From contig NC_043009.1 of assembly GCF_006345805.1 (NCBI RefSeq), forward strand, positions 58,032,001 to 58,096,000: DNA of 64,000 bases, in the 5' to 3' direction. Shown one piece after another: positions 52,631 to 64,000 of the stretch; positions within the stretch are counted from its first letter, which is position 1, and the number at the start of each line of letters is the position of its first letter. Origin of the DNA: Octopus sinensis. Lineage: Eukaryota. The position numbers and the translations under genes were made by a program. The notes under the pieces are model-generated. The model worked only from the letters and a program-made list of their open reading frames with translations, was not told where the DNA came from and did no database searches.

Positions 52631-53307
52631 TGTTTGCATGTATGTATGTATGTATGTATGTATGTATGTATGTATGTATGTATGTATGTATGTATGTATG
52701 CATGCATGTATGCATGCATGCATGTATGTATGCATTTATGTATGTATGTATGTATGTATGTATGTATGTATGTATGTATCTATCTATCTATCTACCTACC
52801 TATATGTATCTATAGGCATGTGTACGTATTTGTATTGTGCATACGTATATGTATTGTATATATATATGTATGCATGTATGTATATATATATATATGTATA
52901 TAGCGGGAGAGGGAAAGAGGAGGGAGAAGGAGAGATAGATAGAGATAGAGATGGAAAGAGGGAGAGAGATAGACATAGACAGAGAGAGATGCATGCATGT
53001 CGTTAGACATACATAAAGATATGCACACGTGTGTGTTTTGCCTAGTATGCTTCCGGTATAGACTGCTTTCACCGAAATAGAGTCTGATTATTGTATAAGA
53101 AAATGAATTTATCAATCAAGCAATCAGTTAAACAATCAATCAATCAAACACTCGATCGATTCATCTATCTACCTATCTATATAATTGTCTGTCTGAGTGT
53201 CTAACTCTGTTTATCTAAAAGCCTGTCTCTGTGTTTATCGAAACTATGCATAACTCATAAATATACAGTATACAGGCAATATACAAAACATGGCATTAAT
53301 ACATACA

Positions 53308-53628
53308 CATGATTCCCAGACCGGGCGTTGTGTTTATTGAGCGAAAACACCTAAAGCTCCACGAGGCTCCGGCAGGGGTTGGTGGTGATCCCTGCTGTAC
53401 TCTTTCACCACAACTTTCTCTCACTCTTTCTTCCTGTTTCTGTTGTACCTGTATTTCAAGGAGCCTGCCTTGTCACTCGCTGTGTCACGCTGAATATCCC
53501 CGAGAACTACATTAAGGGTACACGTGTCTGTGGAGTGCTCAGCCACTTACACGTTAATTTCACGAGAAGGCTGTTCCGTTGATTCGGATCAACCGGAACC
53601 CTCATCGTCGTAACCGACGGAGTGCTTC
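53308..53628 (+). mobile_element. SINE family C, tail variant 1 (head truncated)
   Basis: gattcccagacc...gcgaaaacacctaaagctcc...ggaaccctcatcgtcgtaaccgacggagtg. Confidence 0.85.
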
Positions 53629-53814
53629 CCTCCCCCACATACACGTAAGGATGTCCTAGGAAATTAGGTGTCTAACCTCGTTGTTTTGGGTACAATTACA
53701 CGGAGTATGGGTGAGCATCTTCAACTATAGCGAAGATCAATGCCTTGTGAAGAAATTTGATAGACGGATAATGTAAGAAAGACCGTCGAATATAAATATA
53801 AATATATATATATA

Positions 53815-54210
53815 CTAGCAGTATCGCCCGACGTTGCTCGGGTTTGTAAGGGAAATAACTATATAGCATTTTTAGAGAGTTATAGCCAAAAAATAGCAAA
53901 AAAATGCATTAAAAATGGAAAATAAATGGTGGTAAATTTTTTTTTAAATCGTTGACTCATCGTAGACATTTTTAGAGAGTTACTTCCCTTATATAATAGC
54001 GAAACAATGCATTAAAATGGAAAAAAATGATGGTAATTTTCTTTTTAAATCGTAGACTCATCGTAGACGCGCGCTAATACCCAGAAGGGCTCGATATGAA
54101 TCACAACTATAAGATACCCGGTTTTGGTTAAACTGCACTGCAAAATGTGGGAGTAGTTAGGAATCTAAATCGTAGGAGACAGACACACAACTTCTCTTTT
54201 ATATATAAAT
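53815..54210 (-). mobile_element. Non-autonomous Helitron (tandem copy A)
   Basis: 3' hairpin CCCGAGCAACGTCGGG plus CTAG|T; body homologous to 17682-18063. Confidence 0.9.
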
Positions 54211-54211
54211 A

Positions 54212-54723
54212 CTAGCAGTATCGCCCGGCGTTGCTCGGGTTTGTAAGGAAAATAACTATATAAGCGTTTTTAGAGAGTTACTTCCCTTATAGATGCCAAT
54301 TCGGGCTTTCTTAGCCATTTCTGTTTTGGTGTTTTCAAGCCATGAAGTCGTTGTTCTAAAAGAACGCTGGTCTCCTTGACAACGCTTTACGACGTTGATT
54401 TCCTTACACTCCCTTCCCCACAGCTTCACGAGGGAGGGAAGAAGGGGGAGAAGCAAACAGGTGCAGGTGTGACCATGGACGCCAACTCCGCCGCCATCGA
54501 CACACGAAAAATAATGCATTAAAATGGAATAAAAAATGATGTTAAATTATTTTAAAATCGTAGCCTCATCGTAGACGCGCGCTAATACTCAGACGGGCTC
54601 GATATGAATCACGACTATAAGATACCCGAATTTGGTTAAACTGCACCGCAAAATGTGGGAGTAGTTAGGAATCTGAATCGAAGGGGACAGACACTCACAC
54701 AACTACAGTTTTATATATATAGA
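54212..54723 (-). mobile_element. Non-autonomous Helitron (tandem copy B, variant interior)
   Basis: A|TCTATATATATAAAA 5' end, hairpin plus CTAG 3' end, and about 220 bp of interior (54290-54510) absent from the other two copies. Confidence 0.9.
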
Positions 54724-55502
54724 TATATCCAAGCTTGGAGTGAATCCGACGCATGGGAATTAGGAACTAACTGACCTTCCGCAGCGACCTTTTTCCATTA
54801 TAATGATATGTTTTCGATGTCCAGATAATATATTCTAATATTTTGAATAATTGAATATTTAATGATTCCTTCGTGTAAATCATAAATGTTAACTTATATG
54901 AAATAAATACTACAACGAGATAGGTTTAGATAGACTAATGAAATTTTGATATTTAGGCATAACTGACAACAAAATGTTACTCATAACTGACAACGAATTT
55001 TTGCGCACCTCTTATATATACACGCTTATGTGCACACACACACAGACCCACACATATACACGCGCACCTAAACATACAGACACACAGCCACACACGTCTA
55101 GACACACGCGCACACATACACTGATGCATTGTCACACACGCATGTATACATATACACATATATACGTACATATATGTGCATGTATTGTGTGAACTGTATA
55201 TGTATATCTGTTCGATGTGTGTGCAGGTGTGTATAATTCAACAAACACACACAGACACACACGTGTATATGATGTAAATATGCTTTTCCCTCTCTTTATA
55301 TATATTGATACATTGCATCCATACATATCTATCTATATGTCTGTCTGTCTGTCTGTCCATGTATATATCTTTCTCCTCTTTCTTTCCTTTTACGATCCCT
55401 TTTGATCGAAAACCAACCCCCTTTTTTTTACCCCCAAAAGAAAAGTTCTACCTTGTAATTTGTTCTGTCTGTGTGCAGCCCTGTGTGGCTAATAAAGAAA
55501 CA

Positions 55503-55601
<99 letters not shown>

Positions 55602-55672
55602 TTATCTATCTATATATCTGTCTGTCTGTCTGTCTCTCTGTCCATGTATCTATCTGTCTGTCTGTCTCTCGG

Positions 55673-55744
<72 letters not shown>

Positions 55745-55747
<3 letters not shown>

Positions 55748-56145
55748 TACTTGTTTTATTAGACTGCGGCCATGTTGTGGCATCACATGGAAGAATTTTG
55801 GTACAAAGATTTGACTCAGAATCTAACTTTAAAAATAAAAACTGGTAATTATCTTGTTGGCTCTTTTGCCGAACCGCCAGGTGATGGAGACGTATATACA
55901 CCAACACCGGTCGTCAAAACGGAGGGAGGGGACAAACACGTACACATAGACACATACACACACAACCACACACACACACACACACACACACAACCACACA
56001 CAGCTACAGATACACCCCCCCACACACACGAATGAAGGCTTTGGTTGGACGGAAACTATAGTGGAAGATACCCCCTGAAGGTGCTACGCAGTAGCACTGA
56101 ATCCGGGCGATGTGGCTAGGAAGCAATCTTTTAATCACATAGCCA
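55745..56145 (-). mobile_element. SINE family A, degraded
   Basis: Tail cttttacttgtt...gcggccatg, ttttgccgaaccgc, internal (CA)n, head-like aaggtgctacgcagt...atcacatagcc. Confidence 0.7.
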
Positions 56146-56227
56146 TATGTGTACATAGTCATGTACATAAAGATACATACATACATAATATATACATACA
56201 CACACACACACACATATATATATTTCG

Positions 56228-56563
56228 TCATGGCACTCCGTCGGTTACGACGACGAGGGTTCCAGTTGATCCCATCAACGGAGCAGCCTGCTCGTGAGAT
56301 TAACGTGCATGTGGCTGAACACTCCACAGACACGTGTACCCTTAACGTAGTTCTCAGGGAGATTCAGCGTGACACAGAGTGTGACAATGCTGGCCTCTTT
56401 GAAATACAGGTACAGCAGAATCAAGTACAACAGTTCACCAACACCCCATACCGGAGCTTTAGGTGTTTTCACTCAATAAACAGTCACAATGCTGAGTCTG
56501 GGAATCGAAACCGCGATCCTACGACCGCGTGTCCGCGGCCCTAACAACTGGGCCATTGCGCCT

Positions 56564-56566
<3 letters not shown>
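56228..56566 (-). mobile_element. tRNA-derived SINE family C, tail variant 1, full length
   Basis: Head GGAGGCGCAATGGCCCAGTTGTTAGGGCCGCGGAC, B box GGTTTCGATTCCC, tail GGAACCCTCGTCGTCGTAACCGACGGAGTGCCATGACG. Confidence 0.9.
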
Positions 56567-56645
<79 letters not shown>

Positions 56646-56656
56646 TATATATATAT

Positions 56657-56706
<50 letters not shown>

Positions 56707-57364
56707 CAATCTAGGATGGAATTTATAAACATTTAATGCATCGCTACGCACGTTTCCACAAATCTCATGAATTTTAAGCTCACAGTCTGTACTCCTCGGA
56801 TGATTGCAATGAAATCTGTACTATCCATGGGCATCCGGTTGATCATCACTATCGATTCATTTCTTCAGGCGATATAACATTAGTGGATAAGCCACAAATG
56901 GATTTTTTTAAATGTTTTTAACCAGTATCAAGGTCAGACGAGATATGTGGGTATTTCTGTGTGGTATATTTGCTTGGGAGGAGTTGATGGTGATGAGAAA
57001 AGAGGAAGGAGTGGTACTCATATGGGGATGGAGGTGTGTGTTGTGGCATACCAGTAGCCTATATAAACGTCAGTAATAGAATGTTATTACTGTGCCAAAA
57101 GTCAAATGCTCAACATCCTCTCTGTCTCTGCCTACCTGCATACCTCTCTCTCTCTCTCTCTTTCTCTCTCTCACACACACATACGCACTAAGGCATTCAC
57201 GCGGACGTATACACACGTACCACCAAACACATATAGAGAGATATACACATATACAAATGAACGTGAATACGACTCTCCCCACCTACACAGACATACACAC
57301 GTGCTTACGTACACGAAGTCTCATTTAGAGAAAGTCATACAGAGAAATAGAGATAGAGAAAGAG

Positions 57365-57525
57365 AGAGAGAAAGAAAGAGATAGATAGATAAAGAGAGAG
57401 AGAGAGAAAGGAAGAGATAGATAGATAAAGAGAGAGAGAGAGAGAAAGGAAGAGATAGATAGATAAAGAGAGAGAGAGAAAGGAAGAGATAGATAGATAA
57501 AGAGAGAGAGAGAGAAAGGAAGAGT
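57365..57525 (+). repeat. Roughly 35-bp purine-rich minisatellite
   Basis: (ga)n-aaggaagagatagatagataaag repeated 4-5 times. Confidence 0.85.
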
Positions 57526-57613
<88 letters not shown>

Positions 57614-57965
57614 TGATGATCGGCCTACTACACTTGAACTCTCATCCCTCCTCTTCCAGCTTCTTTCTCACTTCCGGCGAACATTCTTTTTTCACGATTT
57701 TTCTCATGCTGATCATTCTTCGCAACTCTTCATCCTCTTCCTCGTCGTCATCATCATCATCATCATCATCACCATCATCCTCATCACCATCATCATCACC
57801 TTCATCTTCATCTTCATCGTCATCATCATAATCAATATCACCATGATCATGATGATGATCATCATCATCACGATTCCGTTATTCATCACGATGATCGTTG
57901 TCATAGACATCATGATCTTCGATCGTGACCACGATCATCATCCTCCTCATCATTTTACTACTACA

Positions 57966-58002
<37 letters not shown>

Positions 58003-58469
58003 TTCCTTCATCTTCTTGGACGTCGTCTTGTCGTTACCATCATCATTATCGTCATTATCCTCGTCACCATCATCATCATCATCATCATCATCATCGTCGT
58101 CGTCATGATAATCGTCGTCGTCGTCATCATCATCATCATCCTCAGCATCATCATCATCACCATTATCTTCAACAACAACAACAACAACCTCATCAGTACC
58201 ACTACCACCATCTCCGACATCTCCGCTTCCTCATCCTCAGTCTCTTTCTCCTTCTTGTCTTTCTACTCCTCTTCTTTCCTCCTCCACGTCACCCACCTCA
58301 CATCATATCTTTCATATTAAACTGTCCAAGATTTCAACAAACCTTTAAACCTGGCTCCTGTTGGCGAAATGTCCATAAATAGCTTCTGTATTTGGCAGTA
58401 CATAACCGAATCAGTGCGTATGTGCATGCGTATGAGTTTATTCATGCTTTGTGTATGTAGTTGAGTATG

Positions 58470-60365
58470 TCCATTTGTATGTAAGTGTGTATATGTGTGT
58501 ATATGTAAATGTGTAAATGTGTATATGTGTATATGTGTATATACATGTGTATGTATGTTTCCATATATATGTGTGTGTGTTTGTGAATGTGCGTTTATGT
58601 GTGCGCGTATGTGTACATGTGTATATGTGTAAAGTGTATATGTGTGTATATGTAAATGTGTAATGTGTATATGTGATATGTGTATATACATGTGTATGTA
58701 TGTTTCCATATATATGGTGTGTGTGTTTGTGAATGTGCGTTTATGTGTGCGCGTATGTGTATATGTGGTATATGTGTAAATGTGTATATGTGTATATGTG
58801 TATATACATGTGTATGTATGTTTCCATATATGTGTGTGTGTTGTGAATGTGCGTTTATGTGTGCGCGTATGTGTATATGTGTATATGTGTAAATGTGTAT
58901 ATGTGTATATGTGTATATACATGTGTATGTATGTTTCCATATATATGTGTGTGTGTTGTGAATGTGCGTTATGTGTGCGCGTATGTGTACATGTGTATAT
59001 GTGTAAATGTGTATATGGTGTATATGTGTAATGTGTAAATGTGTATATGTGTATATGTGTATATACATGTGTATGTATGTTTCCATATATATGTGTGTGT
59101 GTTTGTGAATGTGCGTTTATGTGTGCGCGTATGTGTATATGTGTATATGTGTAAATGTGTATATGTGATATGTGTATATACATGTGTATGTATGTTCCAT
59201 ATATATGTGTGTGTGTTTTTGTGAATGTGCGTTTATGTGTGCGCGTATGTGTATATGTGTATATGTGTAAATGTGTATATGTGTATATGTGTATATACAT
59301 GTGTATGTATGTTCCATATATATGTGTGTGTGTTTGTGAATGTGCGTTTATGTGTGCGCGTATGTGTATATGTATATGTGTAAATGTGTATATGTGTATA
59401 TGTGTATATACATGTGTATGTATGTTTCCATATATATGTGTGTGTTTGTGAATGTGCGTTTATGTGTGCGCGTATGTGTACATGTGTATATGTGTAATGT
59501 GTATATGTGTGTATATGTAAATGTGTAAATGTGTATATGTGTATATGTGTATATACATGTGTATGTATGTTTCCATATATGTGTGTGTGTGTTGTGAATG
59601 TGCGTTTATGTGTGCGCGTATGTGTATATGTGTATATGTGTTATGTGTAAATGTGTATATGTGTATATGGTATATACATGTTATGTATGTTTCCATATAT
59701 ATGTGTGTGTGTTGTGAATGTGCGTTTATGTGTGCGCGTATGTGTATATGTGTATATGTGTAATGTGTATATGTGTATATGTGATATACATGTGTATGTA
59801 TGTTTCCATATATATGGTGTGTGTTTGTGAATGTGCGTTTATGTGTGCGCGTATGTGTATATGTGTAATGTGTAAATGTGTATATGTGTATATGTGTATA
59901 TACATGTGTATGTATGTTTCCATATATATGTGTGTGTGTTTGTGAATGTGCGTTTATGTGTGCGCGTATGTGTATATGTGTATATGTGTAAATGTGTATA
60001 TGTGATATGTGTATATACATGTGTATGTATGTTCCATATATATGTGTGTTTGTGTTTGTGAATGTGCGTTTATGTGTGCGCGTATGTGTATATGTGTATA
60101 TGTGTAAATGTGTATATGTGTATATGTGTATATACATGTGTATGTATGTTTCCATATATATGTGTGTGTGTTTGTGAATGTGCGTTTATGTGTGCGCGTA
60201 TGTGTATATGTGTATATGTGTAAATGTGTATATGTGTATATGTGTATATACATGTGTATGTATGTTTCCATATATGTGTGTGTGTGTTTGTGAATGTGCG
60301 TTTATGTGTGCGCGTATGTGTATATGTGTATATGTGTAAATGTGTATATGTGTGTATATGTAAAT
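58470..60365 (+). repeat. Roughly 116-bp minisatellite, about 15 units, built from TG/TA microsatellite motifs
   Basis: The markers tttccatatat and gaatgtgcgtttatgtgtgcgcgta recur about every 113-146 bp. Confidence 0.95.
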
Positions 60366-60538
60366 GTGTATATATGTAAATGTGGATATGTGTACGTTTT
60401 ATGTCTATGCTGATGTCTGCGTATATGGGTCTGTTGTATTGGCATACAGTCTCCTATTAACAATGAGATTGATTGGACGGTATAGTGTGTGTGTGTTTGT
60501 ATATGTGTGTGTATGTGTGTTAGTGTGTGTGCTTGCGT

Positions 60539-60587
<49 letters not shown>

Positions 60588-61330
60588 TGTGAGTGCTTGT
60601 AGTGAAGCTGTGTCCTCAGGTCCGGGCTGTTAATATTGTTGGCAGATTTTCCCATAATTCTCTTTCGCAGATGTTTCAGCTTAAATAACAACAACAACAG
60701 CAACCACAGCAACAATAAAAACAACAGCAGCAGCAACAACAGTAACAGCAACAGGAGCAGTAACAACAACAACAACAACAACAACTAGAGCAGCTTCTAC
60801 GACGACGACGACGACGATGACAATAGCCAAAACAAGAACCATCTGCAACATGAGCGAGTCGGCAAAGGAACCCTTTTCATCCTGGTGGTTGACTTGCTAG
60901 AAATATAAACCAAATATTCCCCAAACGTGCCCTACCGTCTAAACTGAATGTAAGCGTTATATGATGAAGATAAGGGTCTCCTGTATGTAATAAAATCCAC
61001 GGGATGGTCATGGTTGGAATGCCTTTGTCCATAGGTCTCCTTAATTAAGCCCGAGAGTTAATTAACTAACAGCAGCTGCAGAAATCAGAGCAACGGTAAC
61101 AACAACACTTGCAGCAACGAAAAATATTGTGATTTCTTTTAAAGCCATACGTTGGTACAGGACAGATACAATTGCTTATTTTATTATGTTCACCACAGCA
61201 GATGATTGGTACTTGATTCAGGGATTCAGAAGAATAGAGGACAAAATTACGCAATGATGTGTGTATGTGTGTGTGTGTTTGTGTGTTTGTGTTTGTGTTT
61301 GTAAGATATGTTTACGTGCCGCCGTTGTTG

Positions 61331-61578
61331 GATCTTTTCATTTTGAAGGCCAGATTTTCCTAGTTAACTAAACAATTTGAAGCTTCGTATACTGGTAGAA
61401 TGTGTCAAAAGAAAACATTATTGTAAACAAAATTGAAATTAAACTACGTTTAATTTACGAATTACAATTTTGTTTTCAATTTTGTTTACAATGTTTTCTT
61501 TTGACACATTCTACTAGTATACGAAGTTTCAAATTGTTTAGTTAACTAGGAAAATCTGGCCTTCAAAATGAAAAGATC
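61331..61578. mobile_element. Fold-back / MITE-like palindrome with roughly 105-bp arms
   Basis: gatcttttcattttgaaggccagatttt...aattgaaa (61331-61438) versus its reverse complement (61473-61578), with few mismatches. Confidence 0.8.
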
Positions 61579-61630
61579 TCCGTTGTGTTTGAACGTAGTG
61601 TTTGAACCTGCGTAACTTTGACGGCTTAAC

Positions 61631-61664
<34 letters not shown>

Positions 61665-62905
61665 TCAGAATCCATGATCCGTTCTATGTTTTGAATTTTG
61701 ACGTCTGACGGAAGGAAGGGAAGAAATTAACTTCTCTTCATTCCATCGAACGCGTATGACCATTTCGATTTCTTTCGAGAGAGAGAGAAAGCAACGCGAA
61801 AGACATTCAAGGACCCAGAGTTTGGTACCAAATAGACAAGAATGAAGATTCGTCCGTTCGACACCGCCATTTCAACCCCACTGTAAAAGTACCCATGCGA
61901 TAATATTGACTTAGTAGCGCGACAGTAACAGTGACTTCTAAATGACCACTCTTACAACACGGACTTAATATTACCCCTAGCAGCAACGCTCAAAGACCAG
62001 CAATCTAACAGCAACGCTCTAACACTGTGAGAACAACATTTCCAAATAATTTTATTCTAACAATATCAACCTCAAAACACTACTCTAACAACATATTAAC
62101 AGCACCCCAAAAACATCATGTCGCAAAACGTCTCTCGATAACATCGCCTACGGTAATCGCTTGCAGAACATTGCCATAATAACATTGCTCCAATACTCCC
62201 TATTATTACAGCCTGTCAACATGGCCTTAACAAAAAAAGCAACATATTATCATTGAAACAACAGCGATACGTTATTTGAATTATAGTTAATTGATTTAAA
62301 ATTTTGGTGCAATAATTGTCTATGATGGGATATTAGGGATAGTCAAATAGTCAACACGTGTCAACATCTGTCCCGGTTAAAAGTAAAAAAAAACAAAACA
62401 AAACAAATATCTTAAATACCTAAGAATTCTAAAATAGGATGACATGAATTATATGATTCCGGGGGGTAACAGAAACAAACCCTTGGTGAACGAGTACAAA
62501 AAGGGGCAATGAGGTTAGAGATGTGACTGAGATGAATGCAGTCAGGAGGCAGGTTTCTTTTACATCCCACCTACAACAGAAAGTGTGTTAATGTTAATAA
62601 GTGCTTTTCTGTTGCTTGGATGAGAGAGTCATGAAATGCTCGGAATATGTTCTTCATATTCTAATACAATGGTTCTCAACCATTCTTTTAGGTTTGTACC
62701 CCTTTGATTCATTTTATACTTTCTGCAGGGGTTGGATACAATAATGGAAAAATCTAGCATCATAGCATCATAATTTTGAAATATCTATAAAACCATCAAA
62801 AGTTTTTTTTTATTTTTATGTATTTTTCATTTATTATTAGTGTTGCTTAATATGTTTCGCTAAAATTGCTGTATCATCAGAAAAAGGTAATTAAAATTCA
62901 TTAAA

Positions 62906-63318
62906 ATGACAGATCTATCAGACTTTCAAAGCGGTCAAATTGTTGGTGCTCGTATGGCGGGCGCTAGCGTAACGAAAACAGCCGACATGTTTTGGTGTAT
63001 CAGGAAGTATTGTCTCGAAAGTAATGACAGCCTTTGAGAAAGAGGGAAAACCTCCTCGTCGAAATAAAATTCCGGAAGAAAACCAAAACTTTCAGATACG
63101 GACCGTCGGATTCTTGCGCGATTTGTTAGAAAGAATCACAAAAGTGCAGCTCCCAAAATTGCTTCAGAGTTTAATGGCTACATCGGGAACCCAGTTTTAC
63201 AAAAACTGTTCGCCGGGAGCTGCATAAAGCCGGATATCACGAGAAGGCTACAACCAGAAAACTACTACTTTCAATAACAAGCATTTCAAAGCGTTTAGAG
63301 TGGAGTAAAAACCTACAA
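62906..63318 (+). pseudogene. Tc1-family transposase N-terminal half
   Basis: MTDLSDFQSGQIVGARMAGASVTKTADM-FGVSGSIVSKVMTAFEKEG-KTSS..NSGRKPKLSDTDRRILARFVRKNHK...KTVRRELHKAGYH...RLEWSK. Confidence 0.9.
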
Positions 63319-63529
63319 GTCGAGCAACTATTCAGCGAAAGCGAGATGGTTGGAGAATAACCATAGATATAGTTAGTAACGGTTGAAAATATAGTAAGAA
63401 AGCGTAGTGAGATTTGCTTCTCCTAGGACCTTATGGAGGAGATGGCTGAACACTCTCCTCCCACGACCTCTCCTAGTGGACGGCGAAACTGGATGGTGCA
63501 ATGGATATCTTCGTTTCAAATTTTGGCAC

Positions 63530-64000
63530 AAAGCCAGCAATTTCAGTAGAGGGGTAAGACGATTACATTGAATACAGTGCCAAACTAGTAATTATTTCAT
63601 CCACCTCGTAAAAATTAATGGCAAAGTCAACCCCGGTGGAATTTGAACTCAGAACGTAAAAGCGGACAAAATACAGCTAAACATTTTGCACAGCGTGCTA
63701 ACCACTCTCCCAGGCTGCCGCCCCTTTCGGAATGGATATATTCTTTTCTACTCTAGGCACAATACCCGAAATATTTGAAGAGGGGGCCAGTCGATTAGAT
63801 CGACCTTAAGATGCAACTGAACGTAGCGGCAGACGAAATACCAATTTCGTTACTACTCACAAGGGGCTAAACACAGAGAGGACAAACAAGGACAGACAAA
63901 CAGATTAAGTCGATTATATCGACCCAGTGCGTAACTAGTACTTAATTTATCGACCTCGAAGGGATGAAAGGCAAAGTCGACCTCGGCGGAATTTGAACTC
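63530..64000 (-). mobile_element. Two SINE family B copies (the second runs off the window)
   Basis: ggcaaagtcaaccccggtggaatttgaactcagaacg... at 63530-63725; tail and core at 63820-64000. Confidence 0.85.

Noticed and set aside
62660-62720. CAATGGTTCTCAACC, a hAT/Charlie-like TIR
   Set aside because: No matching second TIR or 8-bp target-site duplication found.

Overview
AT-rich, repeat-saturated animal DNA whose microsatellite load and SINE/LINE/Helitron content look like an octopus (coleoid cephalopod) genome. The taxon is inferred, not proven. There is one 100-N scaffold gap (27355-27454). Most of the supplied ORF track is simple-repeat translation ((TA)n, (CA)n, (TATG)n, (TATC)n, (AAT)n, (GAT)n). 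No host protein-coding gene can be named; only a few candidate exons/ORFs are supportable. Recognisable content: three tRNA-derived SINE families, non-autonomous Helitrons, mariner and Tc1 relics (one near full-length mariner), a Penelope-like element, R4/Dong-like and L1/Tx1-like fragments, a dispersed 5S rRNA copy, minisatellites and fold-back structures. The most interesting signal is an RTE-clade LINE family whose ORF ends in three C2H2 zinc fingers. All three copies have (TATG)n at both ends. One has a twin-priming-type 5' inversion, one has lost its RT domain at a short shared motif, and one is a zinc-finger-only stub placed in frame with ATGs from the microsatellite. All assignments come from manual translation and motif recall; no database searches were run.
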